Of a stretch of 64,000 nucleotides of DNA, positions 9,699-19,426 are shown piece after piece; position 1 is the first letter of the stretch; every line of letters begins with the position of its first letter. This stretch comes from Vulcanimicrobiota bacterium. Its GTDB lineage: Bacteria > Vulcanimicrobiota > Vulcanimicrobiia > Vulcanimicrobiales > Vulcanimicrobiaceae. A model generated the notes under the pieces. It saw nothing but the letters and a program-made list of their open reading frames with translations, did no database searches and was not told the origin of the DNA. The stretch spans positions 128,001 to 192,000 of the forward strand of contig CAVTCS010000003.1 in the NCBI GenBank assembly GCA_963733295.1, in the 5' to 3' direction. The translations under genes and the position numbers were made by a program.

Positions 9699-9761
9699 CT
9701 CAGCTGGGAGAGCAGCACCCTTACAAGGTGAAGGTCGGCGGTTCGAACCCGTCATCGCCCA
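9689..9761 (+). tRNA. tRNA-Val (anticodon TAC), CCA not encoded
   Basis: GGGCGAT/ATCGCCC acceptor stem, AGCTCAGCTGGGAGAGC D arm, CTTACAA loop (TAC 9722-9724), GGTTCGAACCC T arm. Confidence 0.97.
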
Positions 9762-9891
9762 CATGCGTGCGCTTCGTTTCGCGGCGACCGGCCTCGGGCG
9801 CGATCCCAGTCCGAGCAAGGCGGGGCCCGCCCGCCGTGCCCCTAGACGGCGAGTTTCGCGGCGCTAAATAAACGGGCCGAACCGCGAAACT

Positions 9892-12144
9892 TTGGAGGCC
9901 GTTGCCTGTAAACTACGCGTGCCACGTCTTCTGGCGTCCGCGCTCTTTGCGGTATGGTTCTTAACCTTCCCGGCGATCGTACGCGCGTCGATGGCGCCCG
10001 GGCAGAGCGTGAAGGCCGTGAAGACGGCGACGGCGCCCCCCCAGGATGCCGCACTGACCGATCCGGTCTGGTCGACTGCCCTGCGTGCCACGGATTTCGA
10101 GAACGCGACGACGCGAGAACCCGCGCGGAACGCCACGACCGCACTCCTGCTGTACGACGATAAAAACCTGTACGTGGGGTTCATCGTCGAGCAGAAGGAC
10201 GTGCCGCTCACGGCCACTCAGCACACCAATGACATCGGTTATGGTGTCGACGACGAGGTGTCGGTGTCCATCGACTCGAGTGGTAGTAATTCGCGTCTGT
10301 ACGGCTTCACATCGACTCCGATCGGCGTGCGCTACGAATACTCTTCGGAGTCGTCCAGATACCAGCCGACGTGGACGACCCTGGTCACGACGACCAAGGA
10401 CGGCTACAACGTCATGATGACCATTCCGTTATCCGACATGCGGATAGGAAACGGCAAATCTCAGCGTTGGCGTATTAATTTCAGCCGTTACATCGGCGCG
10501 AAAAACGAACTGCTCACCTGGGCCTACGACGCCGGCTCGACCTCGTACTGCTCGAACAACTCGTACGGGCCCACGATCTACTGCGATTCGACGCGTTGGC
10601 CGGTCCTCACCGATATCTCCCTCGCGAGCGTCTCAAAAGCGCCACCTCCGTACGCCGATGTCTACGCGCTCGGGAGTGCCGGCGGCGATAGGGATGTCTT
10701 CGAAACGACGCCACAGCAGTTTACGACGCAGACCGTGCGCCATTTCGGGCTCGATGCGACGGTCCCGTTTACGCCCTCGATGGCCGCCGTGGTTGCGCTG
10801 GCCCCGGACTTCTCGAACGTGGAAACCGACCAGGTGACGATTGCACCGCAAGAGTTCGCGATACAGTATACGGAGTACCGGCCGTTTTTCGCGCAAGGTT
10901 CGAACTACATCAACTCCGTCGGTGGTTTCAGCGTCAACGGCCCCTCGGATCTGCTGTTCTATTCTCCTTCGCTCGGCATCGTCGATTACGGCGCCAAAGT
11001 CGAGGGGACGGCGGGCAAAAATATCGTCGGCGTCCTCGACACGAAAGGCGAAGGCTTCAACGATCAAGCCTTCGGATACACCTTTCAAGAACCCGACGGC
11101 ACGCTGTCCCTCTCACTCCAGGGCGTGAACGCGAACCATCCGGACGTCACGGACCATACGATCGGGTTCGGCGGATCCTATCAGAATCTGCACTCGGGCT
11201 TTCAGCCCATCTTGATTTACGAACAAGAGACGGGCACGTTGGTCAACGCCAGCAATCTTGCGCATTTGCTCAACGTCGGGGAAGTCACCAACCACGGCCT
11301 ATGGCAAACCGGCTTTGTCTATCGCGACGTCGGCCCGGAGTTTAATCCCGCCGATGGGTTCACGGCCATCAACGACATCCGCGGTCCCCAGGGATTCGCC
11401 GTCTACACGGGCCTCGCGAATCAACAGAGCATCATCAAGTCGTACCGGCTCTCGGTCGTCTTAGACCGGTTCGTGGATCGGAGCGGCGCCGCGCACCAGA
11501 TCGACACCAACGAAGCGGCTTCGGTCCTGTTCAAGAACCTGCTCAGGGTCGGGTTTAACACGGACGCGAGCGAACTTCGCACCTACGAGGAAGCGTATCC
11601 GTTTTATACCAACGGGCAAAACGTTGCGTTCGACACCAATGCATTGACTCTGAACTACCGCGATGGAACGCCCTCGCCGACCGACTTCACGTATTCGTTC
11701 GGGCCCTTTGCCGTGAGCTGCGAGGGTCTCCCGGCCTTCCCGGCCCCGTGCGCCGACGCCGTGAACACCTTCACGCCGGCCTATACCCAGCAGTTCAACT
11801 TGACCACGACGCGCACGTTTGCCGGAGGACTGGCGGCTACGGCCGAGTATGCCGGGACGATCGAGCGGCCGTTCGTCGGTACCATGGATTCGCAATTCTT
11901 GCGGAAGATCTCGTTGACTCGCGCACTCGGCGCCGATTCGCAAGTTGCGCTCAGCCTTGGAACGATCAACGGTCAAGGCGGCTTCGCGGCGCCAGGCACG
12001 AACCTCGCCGTTGAGTATCACAGACGCTTTAAGAATCAGAGCCAACTCTATTTCGAATACGGCAGTCCGGCCTCGTACCATACCCTGCAGCGTTTTATTC
12101 TCAAGTACGTCTATCACATCGGGGCGGGCGGCTCAGGGACCTGA
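9892..12144 (+). CDS. Secreted/outer-membrane protein with N-terminal CBM9-like domain (DUF5916-like)
   Basis: Signal peptide; LLYDDKNLYVG, WRINFSR, PDFSNVETD and EYRPFF motifs; beta-rich C-terminus. Confidence 0.7.
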   Translation: MEAVACKLRVPRLLASALFAVWFLTFPAIVRASMAPGQSVKAVKTATAPPQDAALTDPVWSTALRATDFENATTREPARNATTALLLYDDKNLYVGFIVEQKDVPLTATQHTNDIGYGVDDEVSVSIDSSGSNSRLYGFTSTPIGVRYEYSSESSRYQPTWTTLVTTTKDGYNVMMTIPLSDMRIGNGKSQRWRINFSRYIGAKNELLTWAYDAGSTSYCSNNSYGPTIYCDSTRWPVLTDISLASVSKAPPPYADVYALGSAGGDRDVFETTPQQFTTQTVRHFGLDATVPFTPSMAAVVALAPDFSNVETDQVTIAPQEFAIQYTEYRPFFAQGSNYINSVGGFSVNGPSDLLFYSPSLGIVDYGAKVEGTAGKNIVGVLDTKGEGFNDQAFGYTFQEPDGTLSLSLQGVNANHPDVTDHTIGFGGSYQNLHSGFQPILIYEQETGTLVNASNLAHLLNVGEVTNHGLWQTGFVYRDVGPEFNPADGFTAINDIRGPQGFAVYTGLANQQSIIKSYRLSVVLDRFVDRSGAAHQIDTNEAASVLFKNLLRVGFNTDASELRTYEEAYPFYTNGQNVAFDTNALTLNYRDGTPSPTDFTYSFGPFAVSCEGLPAFPAPCADAVNTFTPAYTQQFNLTTTRTFAGGLAATAEYAGTIERPFVGTMDSQFLRKISLTRALGADSQVALSLGTINGQGGFAAPGTNLAVEYHRRFKNQSQLYFEYGSPASYHTLQRFILKYVYHIGAGGSGT

Positions 12145-12200
12145 GCCGGCCACGGGAATTTGCAGGCGGCGCGGCGACTATCCGGAGTTGAGCCGATCCT

Positions 12201-12947
12201 GTGATTGACCGTTTCGTTCTGTTGGCGCTGCTTTCCAGTTTGCTCGCGTTTTCGCTGCCGTCGGTGGCGAGCGCCGGGCCACCCTTCGTCACTGACGATC
12301 CGGTGCCGACCGAGTACCGCAACTGGGAGATCTACACCGGATTTCAGTACCAAAACCAGTGCTGCGGCGTCGTCACGGCCAGCGTTCCCTTTGTCGAATT
12401 CAACTACGGCGCGATGCCCAACGTGCAGGTTTCGATAACGCTTCCATTCGAGCACAACGACACGACGACCGGACCGGCAAACGGCTATGGAACGACCGAG
12501 TTCGGGATCAAGACGCGTTTCGTTCAAGAGTCGGACGACCGTCCGCAAATAGCGTTTTATCCGAGCGTGCAGATTCCGACGGCGGTGGGCGAACACGTCG
12601 TGACGTTCCTGCCGCTCTGGCTTCAAAAGAGTTGGGGTCCGTGGACGGCGTATGGCGGCGGTGGCGTTTACCTCAACGCCGGCCCCGGCGACCGCAACTC
12701 CACGTTCGTCGGAGGCACGCTCGAACGCGCGATTTCACCGGCCACGACGATCGGCGCCGAAATCTATCGCCAGGGACCGCAAGAAATCGGCGCTCTGGAC
12801 ATGACCGCCGCGAACGTCGGCATGACGGCGCAGATCGGCGCCTATCATGCAATCCTCTTTTCATTCGGACGCGCGTTCCACGGGAACAACACGTTTTCGG
12901 CCTACGGAAGTTACGAGTTCGAGCTCGGTCCCCAAAAGCCGAGGTAA
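12201..12947 (+). CDS. Putative outer-membrane beta-barrel (transporter family)
   Basis: Signal peptide ending ASA, then GPPFVTDDP; alternating aromatic beta-strand pattern. Confidence 0.6.
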   Translation: MIDRFVLLALLSSLLAFSLPSVASAGPPFVTDDPVPTEYRNWEIYTGFQYQNQCCGVVTASVPFVEFNYGAMPNVQVSITLPFEHNDTTTGPANGYGTTEFGIKTRFVQESDDRPQIAFYPSVQIPTAVGEHVVTFLPLWLQKSWGPWTAYGGGGVYLNAGPGDRNSTFVGGTLERAISPATTIGAEIYRQGPQEIGALDMTAANVGMTAQIGAYHAILFSFGRAFHGNNTFSAYGSYEFELGPQKPR

Positions 12948-13837
12948 GGGCGCCCCGAGGAAAACGAAGCGGCGATTACCGCACCGACTCTCGCGAGCGC
13001 GGCGTTGCGTCCCTCGTAGCTGAGGCCGCTCGCGCCGGTCAGGTAGGCCGTCACGATGAGTGGCGCGAGATGCGGACGGCGGAAGATCGCGACGTCGTTC
13101 TGCGTACCGTTAGCGCCCGAACCGCTCTTGTCGCCCGGGATCCATCCGGCCGGCACGCCGGCGCGCAACGCCTTGAGTCCGGTCTTGCAGTGGCGCATCC
13201 ATCCTTCGAGCATACCCGACGAGGCCGCGTTCAGGACATCGTTCGTCGTCAAGAGGATCGCCAGATCGCTTGCCATCTGCGCGGGAGCGGTCGTGTCGCG
13301 CGGATCTCCGGGGATCGCCGAGTTTAGCGCCGGCTCGGTCCGGTCCAACCGCGTCGTCGCATCGTCGAAGGGCCGGGCTCTCACGAAAGCCGTGACCGCT
13401 TCGGGTCCGCCGAGCGTGCGAAGCAAGAGGTTGGCGGCGGTGTTATCGCTCAGTACGATCGCCGCCGAGCACAGCTCTTCGACCGTCATCGATCCCTCTG
13501 CCACGTGCGCCGTGGTGACCGGTGCGTATTCCAGCAGATCGCTCTTACCGAAGGGTACGCGCCGGTCGAGTTGCTCCTGACCGCGATCGACGCGTTGCAG
13601 CACCGCGCCGACGGCGAGTACTTTAAACGTACTGCACATCGGAAAACGCTCGCCGGCGCGGTACGCGACCGTGCGGCCGTCCCCCGTATCGCGCGCGTAG
13701 ACGCCGAGCCTTCCGTTCGTATCCTTTTCGATTGCGGCCAGACTGTGTGCCGGATCGTCTTGCGCTTCTGCCTGCGCGAAAAGATCGCTTCCGGCGAGTG
13801 CCACGGCGCCCATCGAGAGAAACGTGCTGCGAAGCAA
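12911..13837 (-). CDS. bla: Class A serine beta-lactamase
   Basis: FPMCSTFK (SxxK), SDN, DRTEPALN (E166/N170 omega loop), DKSG; N-terminal signal peptide. Confidence 0.93.
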   Translation of the reverse strand: MLRSTFLSMGAVALAGSDLFAQAEAQDDPAHSLAAIEKDTNGRLGVYARDTGDGRTVAYRAGERFPMCSTFKVLAVGAVLQRVDRGQEQLDRRVPFGKSDLLEYAPVTTAHVAEGSMTVEELCSAAIVLSDNTAANLLLRTLGGPEAVTAFVRARPFDDATTRLDRTEPALNSAIPGDPRDTTAPAQMASDLAILLTTNDVLNAASSGMLEGWMRHCKTGLKALRAGVPAGWIPGDKSGSGANGTQNDVAIFRRPHLAPLIVTAYLTGASGLSYEGRNAALARVGAVIAASFSSGRPYLGFWGPSSNS

Positions 13838-14284
13838 CTAGTTCGCCGCCGGCCCTTTGGGAGCATCGAGGGCGGCGTTGATCGCGGCTTCCCAATGCGC
13901 CCCTTCGTGCGGAAAGTGCTGCGCAAAATCGGTGAGTCCCGGGATGGCGCTCGGGTCCAGTGCGGTGCGGGTGTAGGTAACCGTCGCGACGCTCGAGCCC
14001 AAGTCGACCGGCTCGACGTCGATGTCGATCGTGGTAAGCGTGGTCGAGCGGAACGTCACGTAACGAATGATGCGCCGCTCGGGCTCGTACCGGTCCAAGA
14101 GCCACGTGCCCCGGCCGTGCTCGTCGTCGGCCGTAAAGACGAGTCCCGCGGCGACGCGACCCTCTCCTAGTAACGCCGGCCGCCAACCCGGCGCCCAAAG
14201 CGCCTCATTGACGGGATCGAACATCGGAAAAGCGCGCTCTGCTGCAGCGCGCAGATGAAGCGTAATCGAAGCACTCACCGTCAT
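13838..14284 (-). CDS. Hypothetical protein, SRPBCC/START-like
   Basis: Start reassigned to the ATG overlapping the TetR stop (ATGA); AFPMFDPVNEALWAPGW N-terminus. Confidence 0.6.
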   Translation of the reverse strand: MTVSASITLHLRAAAERAFPMFDPVNEALWAPGWRPALLGEGRVAAGLVFTADDEHGRGTWLLDRYEPERRIIRYVTFRSTTLTTIDIDVEPVDLGSSVATVTYTRTALDPSAIPGLTDFAQHFPHEGAHWEAAINAALDAPKGPAAN

Positions 14285-14886
14285 TGCTCGCTCGTCAGGT
14301 CGGAGAGTAGGAGCCTCGCGGCAGACTGAAAGCGCCGGCCATCCTCGAACGCGCGCGCGACGAGCATCGCGCCCTCGAGGGCCGTAACGAATGCCCGCGC
14401 GCGCTGCCGCACCGAGCCCGCGAAGCGGAGATCCCCCGCCCGCCGCCCCTCTTCGAACACCGTCGCGAGCCATGTCTCGTTGGCGTCGAAGAAAGTGCGC
14501 AACTCGTCCTGCATCGGTCCTGGAAGCGTTGCGTACTCGGCCGCGAGCATTCCGCACAAACACATCCGGTTGCGGCGCATGACCGAATCGTAGAGCGCCA
14601 CGTAGCGGCGCAGCTTCTCAGGTGCAACCTTCGTCCGACGGTCGATAGCGTCGAGTTCCGAGTCGAACGCGACGTGGTACCGAGCGATCAAGGCACGTCC
14701 GAGAGCCGCTTTCGTCGCGAAGTGATAGTGCAGGCTCGCCTTCGTGACCGCCAGCTCGCTCGCGATATCGGCGTAGCTGAACCCGTTGAATCCTCGCGTC
14801 TGAGCCAGCTGTTCGGCGATGTCGAGGATGCGTTGAGCGGCCGGACTTTCATTTGCCGGGAGCACAGCGCTGGACTTTATCGTCAT
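14281..14886 (-). CDS. TetR/AcrR-family regulator (NemR-like)
   Basis: GFNGFSYADIASELAVTKASLHYHFATK HTH; MCLCGMLAAE. Confidence 0.93.
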   Translation of the reverse strand: MTIKSSAVLPANESPAAQRILDIAEQLAQTRGFNGFSYADIASELAVTKASLHYHFATKAALGRALIARYHVAFDSELDAIDRRTKVAPEKLRRYVALYDSVMRRNRMCLCGMLAAEYATLPGPMQDELRTFFDANETWLATVFEEGRRAGDLRFAGSVRQRARAFVTALEGAMLVARAFEDGRRFQSAARLLLSDLTSEQ

Positions 14887-14891
14887 GGGCC

Positions 14892-14919
14892 TTGACATTA
14901 ACCTACTAGTTAGTATAAT
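14892..14919 (+). promoter_or_regulatory. Consensus sigma70 promoter for the DUF1059 gene, overlapping probable TetR operator half-sites
   Basis: TTGACA (14892-97)-N16-TATAAT (14914-19); ACCTACTAGT / CTAGGT motifs in an AT-rich divergent gap. Confidence 0.75.
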
Positions 14920-14957
14920 CCTACCACTAGGTCAAATTAAGCCCCCGCTTCCGAGAG

Positions 14958-15158
14958 GTGGAGAACATGCAGACGAAGACGCGCAAGCTGATCGATTGTC
15001 GTGAATTTCCGAGTGAGACGAACTGCTCGCTAACGATCTCCGGGACCGAATCCGAGGTGTTGAAGGCCGCGCAGGAACACGCCGTTTCGACTCACGGTCA
15101 CAAAGCCGGTCCAGAACTCGAAAGTGCGCTGCGAGCTTCGCTGCGCGACGAAAAGTAG
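14958..15158 (+). CDS. DUF1059-like small metal-binding protein
   Basis: IDCREFPSETNCSLTISG..EVL.AA.EHA..HGH pattern; GAGAGGTGGAG SD region (true start may be ATG 14967). Confidence 0.8.
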   Translation: MENMQTKTRKLIDCREFPSETNCSLTISGTESEVLKAAQEHAVSTHGHKAGPELESALRASLRDEK

Positions 15159-15177
15159 CCGCTCCCTAACGCTTCGT

Positions 15178-15987
15178 CTAAACGGGTAGGCCGTGCGAGA
15201 GCAATGCGATGTAGGCCGCCACGACGAGGACGAAGAGAACGATCGCCATCGGCTCGATCCGCAGCGGCGCTCCGCTCCTGCGCTCGGGAACGACGAGCGA
15301 GGCGCGCGAGCTGTACATCGCCGTGACGACGAGATCGATGTCCCCGAGGCCGGCGAGCAAACCGAAACCGACCGCAACCGCGGGCGTGCCGATCCCGCCG
15401 AGACCGCTCAAGAGCGTTCCCGCGAACAGCGGCAGATAGAAGCCGCGGAAAATGTAGCGCCGCCGGTCCGCCGGCGATTCGAGAGGAAAGGCCTCGGGTG
15501 CGACTGCGAGCATCGTAGCCGCCGCCGGCCGCCCTAGCAGCACGACGATCCCAATGCCGGCCGCGGCCACCAAGTAGCGCGGCCAGAGCGGCCATCCAAG
15601 ACGATCGGCGATCTGCGCGGTGTCGCCGACCCATAGCCACGGCGTCACGACCAGGTAGTTCGCGAACTCGAGAACGCCGAGCCACGCCAGCCAGAAGAGG
15701 AACAGTCGCCCGAAGGTGTAGCGCGGCTCGCCGCGTTGGAAGAGAGCGAGAAAAAACACCCCGAGGGCGAGGCTCGTAAGCGGACCCGCGGCCAGGATGA
15801 TCAGATCTTGCGCCGTCGTTCCGCTCGGATTGTCTTCGTAGAACGCATAGATGCGCGGCGCGAAGCCGAGGCTCTGCGCCGCCAGCCCGTGCCCCGTTTC
15901 GTGGAGCGCCGCAGTCAACAGCCCCGCGCTCGCATACGCGAGCGTCGAATTGAGGCCGAACGTGAGTTGCGGTGAAAGACGCTCCAC
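15178..15987 (-). CDS. Polytopic membrane protein with HExxH motif (M50-like metalloprotease candidate)
   Basis: Start reassigned to GTG after GGGGAGG; LHETGH, LAAGP, several TM segments. Confidence 0.6.
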   Translation of the reverse strand: MERLSPQLTFGLNSTLAYASAGLLTAALHETGHGLAAQSLGFAPRIYAFYEDNPSGTTAQDLIILAAGPLTSLALGVFFLALFQRGEPRYTFGRLFLFWLAWLGVLEFANYLVVTPWLWVGDTAQIADRLGWPLWPRYLVAAAGIGIVVLLGRPAAATMLAVAPEAFPLESPADRRRYIFRGFYLPLFAGTLLSGLGGIGTPAVAVGFGLLAGLGDIDLVVTAMYSSRASLVVPERRSGAPLRIEPMAIVLFVLVVAAYIALLSHGLPV

Positions 15988-16001
15988 GAAATGCCTCCCC
16001 G

Positions 16002-16496
16002 TCAATCTTCGGGTGCGTAGACCATCTCGTCGGATTTCGCTACGAAGCCGAGCGATTTGTACAGCGTTCTCCCCATTGAAGACGAGCCTAGCGTGAGCCT
16101 GTCGATCGCGAGAGCGCGAGCTTCGGACAGGACCGCTTGCATCAGCGCACGAGCCACGCCGCTGCGCCGGAAGCGTGGCTCGACGTAGACGTCGCGAACG
16201 CGCCCGTCGACGCCCCCGAAGGGATGCCCGTAGCGCGGCAAGGTTGGAAAAATCGTGAGGGAGGCCGAGCCCGCTACCGCGCCGTCGCGCAGAGCGATCC
16301 ACGACCGCAAGAACGAGCGTTCGTCGGCAAGTTGCGCGGCGAAGAAGCCGGTGCAGACGCGCTGATACTCGCTGCGGCTGGGCGCGTCCCCCGCGTGGCG
16401 TTCGAAGGCGGAGCTCGCCCGCATCCGCCCCAACTCCTCCGCATCGGAGACGGTCGCGCGCCGGATCTGTACGTTCGCCGTCTCGTCTGCGTGCAT
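16002..16496 (-). CDS. GNAT N-acetyltransferase
   Basis: VYVEPRFRRSGVARALM acetyl-CoA motif; LYKSLGF. Confidence 0.9.
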   Translation of the reverse strand: MHADETANVQIRRATVSDAEELGRMRASSAFERHAGDAPSRSEYQRVCTGFFAAQLADERSFLRSWIALRDGAVAGSASLTIFPTLPRYGHPFGGVDGRVRDVYVEPRFRRSGVARALMQAVLSEARALAIDRLTLGSSSMGRTLYKSLGFVAKSDEMVYAPED

Positions 16497-16514
16497 GTCC
16501 TCGCGGGCGGGCGT

Positions 16515-17060
16515 CTACTTTTGCGCGACGCCCTCGACTGAAAGTTCGATCTTGACTTCGTCGCCGATTGCGACGCCGCCGGTTTCGAGCGTCTGATTCC
16601 AGAGCAGCCCGAACTCTTTGCGGCTGATCTTCCCATGCGCTTCGTAGCCGACGCGCTCGTTACCCCACGGGTCCTTCGAGGTGCCCTCGAACGTCGCTTT
16701 CAAAACGACCGGAAGCGTCTTGTTGCGAATCGTCAGATTGCCGTGAACGTCGAACTCGTCGCCGCTCGCCTCGATCTTCGTGCTTTCGAACTCGATCTTG
16801 GGGTAGGTTTCCGCGTCGAAAAAGTCCGGCGAGCGCAAATGCGCGTCGCGTTGCGGTTCGCTCGTTGAGATCGAGCCGGTCTCGATAGTCGCGCGGACCG
16901 CGGTCGGCGTGCGCCCGCCGTCGGTCGCTTCGATCGTTCCGGCGAGCGCCGTGAAGCGGCCGCGGACTTTGGCGATCATCATGTGCCGGACGACGAACTC
17001 GGCGGTCGTGTGTGAGGGGTCCACTGCGAAGACTTGGGTAGTCGAGGGAGCGGTTGTCAC
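16515..17060 (-). CDS. YceI-family polyisoprenoid-binding protein
   Basis: DPSHT..F.VRHMM, RDAHLRSPDFFDA, GNLTI, DPWG; GTG start after AAGGAG. Confidence 0.93.
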   Translation of the reverse strand: MTTAPSTTQVFAVDPSHTTAEFVVRHMMIAKVRGRFTALAGTIEATDGGRTPTAVRATIETGSISTSEPQRDAHLRSPDFFDAETYPKIEFESTKIEASGDEFDVHGNLTIRNKTLPVVLKATFEGTSKDPWGNERVGYEAHGKISRKEFGLLWNQTLETGGVAIGDEVKIELSVEGVAQK

Positions 17061-17175
17061 GTTGGATTTCTCCTTGGCGTTGGGCTGCACTTGTGGTATC
17101 GTTGGGGTGCGCACTCACTATTCCACGCACAGTCTCTGAGTGCAATAAGGCACCAGAAAGTAGTATAGGAACCCA

Positions 17176-17562
17176 ATGGTAACCGAACCGGGAGTCTACT
17201 CGGGCGCGTGCCCGGCCCGCGAGCTGCTCGACCGGATCGCCAACAAATGGACGACGCTGATCGTCGGCACGCTCGCGGAGGCGCGCGGCGCGGTGCGTTT
17301 CACCGAGTTGCGGCGATCGATCGGGGGCATTTCCCAAAAAATGCTTACGCAGACCCTGCGCGATCTCGAGCGCGACGGCCTCGTGACGCGAAAAGTTTTC
17401 CCGGTCATCCCGCCGCGCGTCGAGTATACGGTGACGCCGCTCGGTCTAACGCTGCGCGAACCGCTCAGCGCGCTGTCGGCGTGGACCGAGAGCCACATGG
17501 CCGAAGTCAAAGCAGCCCAACGGCGCTTCGACGAACGTTCCGACGGCGCGAGCGTCGCCTAG
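17176..17562 (+). CDS. HxlR-family winged-helix regulator
   Basis: [44 protein letters not shown]; divergent from yceI. Confidence 0.93.
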   Translation: MVTEPGVYSGACPARELLDRIANKWTTLIVGTLAEARGAVRFTELRRSIGGISQKMLTQTLRDLERDGLVTRKVFPVIPPRVEYTVTPLGLTLREPLSALSAWTESHMAEVKAAQRRFDERSDGASVA

Positions 17563-17575
17563 TTGACGTAACCGC

Positions 17576-19426
17576 TTAGCGTGAAGAACCTCCGAGGAGG
17601 CTCACGCTGCGCTGCGGATCGATGAGCGGCAGCTTCCCATCGGCGGTCGGGGTAGCGCCTCTGATGATGAGCGCCTTGACTTGCTCCGGCGTCAGCGACG
17701 GATCGAGCGCGAATAGTTTTGCGGCGAGGTTCGCAACGTTCGGCGAGGCCATCGAGGTGCCGGAGAACTTCACGACGTAGCCGCCCGGGATTTTGCTCGG
17801 GACGTGAAAACCGTCCGCGTAGACGGCCACGGTCGGACCGTAACTCGTAAAGTTCGTCGCGTCGCCGGCCTGGTTTACCGCGCCGACCACGATGATGTTC
17901 GGGTACTTGAACGAGGCAGGCACGTCTTCCGAGAAGCTCGCGTCGTTGTCGCCGTTGCCTGCTGCCGCGACGAAGAGCGTATCCGGTGTGTTCTTGATGA
18001 CGTTCTCGACGGCGGCTCGCCAAATCGCATAGAGGTCCTGAGCCTTTTTCTTGCGAGTTTGCGGATCAGCGTTTTTGTCGGTCTTCGCGAGCCACAGCTC
18101 GAATTCGCTGACGGTGTCGCCCCAGCTCATGTTGACGACGCGCACGTGATTGGCTCGGAAGTAGGCAGCGATCTGGGCAAAGTTTCCGGCCATCGTCCGC
18201 GCCCATTCCGGCGTGGGTTCGAAGGTGAGGTTGGGGAGGTTGTCGTCGAAGCGGGCTACGACGATCTTCGCACCCGGGTTGCCGCGCGACGCGATTCCCG
18301 CGACGTGAGACCCGTGCGCGTATTCACCGAGCAGATCGAAATCTTGTTCGAAAGCCGCCTCTTGATCGGGAGAGAGCGAGCGCATGTATTTTTCGGCCTT
18401 CTGCGCCTCGGGTGAATCGACACCACTCTGCAGGTCGGACAACCCGCCCATCAGGGCGACGTCCTCCGGATATTTCGCCAACAGAGCGGGCGGCAGCGGG
18501 TACAGATAGGAGCTCGATGCGGCGCCGTCGTCGGCAAAAGCTAAGCCGTGGCGTCCTGCAGAATCGACGAACATCGCGGCCGGGTAATCGGACGGGTCAA
18601 CGCCGGAGTCCCAGATGCCGATAACGACGGGAGCTTTGACTTGCGCGGGACTCAGCGTGACTTCGCGCGCGTTCCAAATGTCCGGCTTAACCACATCGTG
18701 TTGCGCGATGTAGGCTTTGAGAATCGGCAGGTCCGGCTGGAAGAGCGGCAACGCGACGAGAAGCTGCGCGCGCAACTGTACCAGCACCCGCGCCGAGGGA
18801 CCGTCGAGTGTCCCGGTCTTCGCGGCGATCGGATCGAGCTCGTGCTTTGCGAAACCGACGAGCGCATCTTTGGTTGCGAGCGATTCACGCGCGTAACCTT
18901 CCTTGACCGAATCCTGCACGACGCCCCAGGGAAGCGCATCGACCGCTTTGCGATCGGACAGCGCGAAGGCTGCGTTGACTTGGCTCGCGCTTCCGCCCTT
19001 TGTTTGTTCGAGCGCGTCCACGTAGCTGCTATAGAGACGCCCTGCCAAAAGCTGGAGATCCGGCTTCGTCTCCGCAGCCCGAAGCTGCGCGATCGTTTGA
19101 CGAGCCCCCGCGTTATCGTGCGCGAGAATTTGCACCGCCAATTTAGCCGAGATGAAATCCCGCAGAGACGACTTGTCTTCGATGTCGTAGTCGCGCAGCG
19201 TTTTGTCGACGTCGGCGCCGACCGCCGCCGCGAACGGTGCGAACGTCGCATCGTCGGAAACGAGCAAGACCGAGGGCGCAGACGGCATTGGATACGAGAA
19301 CCGCGGCAGTTGCGTTTCGTCGTGGACCGGCGTGCGCGCGGGCTGGGCAACCGCCGGTAAGACGCAGCATGCCAGCGCGCAAGCGATGGTCAAAAGGGTA
19401 GGGCGAATCTTCGTCATTGCAAACAC
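17576..19426 (-). CDS. Secreted S8 subtilisin-like serine peptidase
   Basis: Catalytic triad IWDSG, HGSHVAG, FSGTSMASP; AAAGN oxyanion motif; signal peptide. Confidence 0.92.
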   Translation of the reverse strand: MFAMTKIRPTLLTIACALACCVLPAVAQPARTPVHDETQLPRFSYPMPSAPSVLLVSDDATFAPFAAAVGADVDKTLRDYDIEDKSSLRDFISAKLAVQILAHDNAGARQTIAQLRAAETKPDLQLLAGRLYSSYVDALEQTKGGSASQVNAAFALSDRKAVDALPWGVVQDSVKEGYARESLATKDALVGFAKHELDPIAAKTGTLDGPSARVLVQLRAQLLVALPLFQPDLPILKAYIAQHDVVKPDIWNAREVTLSPAQVKAPVVIGIWDSGVDPSDYPAAMFVDSAGRHGLAFADDGAASSSYLYPLPPALLAKYPEDVALMGGLSDLQSGVDSPEAQKAEKYMRSLSPDQEAAFEQDFDLLGEYAHGSHVAGIASRGNPGAKIVVARFDDNLPNLTFEPTPEWARTMAGNFAQIAAYFRANHVRVVNMSWGDTVSEFELWLAKTDKNADPQTRKKKAQDLYAIWRAAVENVIKNTPDTLFVAAAGNGDNDASFSEDVPASFKYPNIIVVGAVNQAGDATNFTSYGPTVAVYADGFHVPSKIPGGYVVKFSGTSMASPNVANLAAKLFALDPSLTPEQVKALIIRGATPTADGKLPLIDPQRSVSLLGGSSR

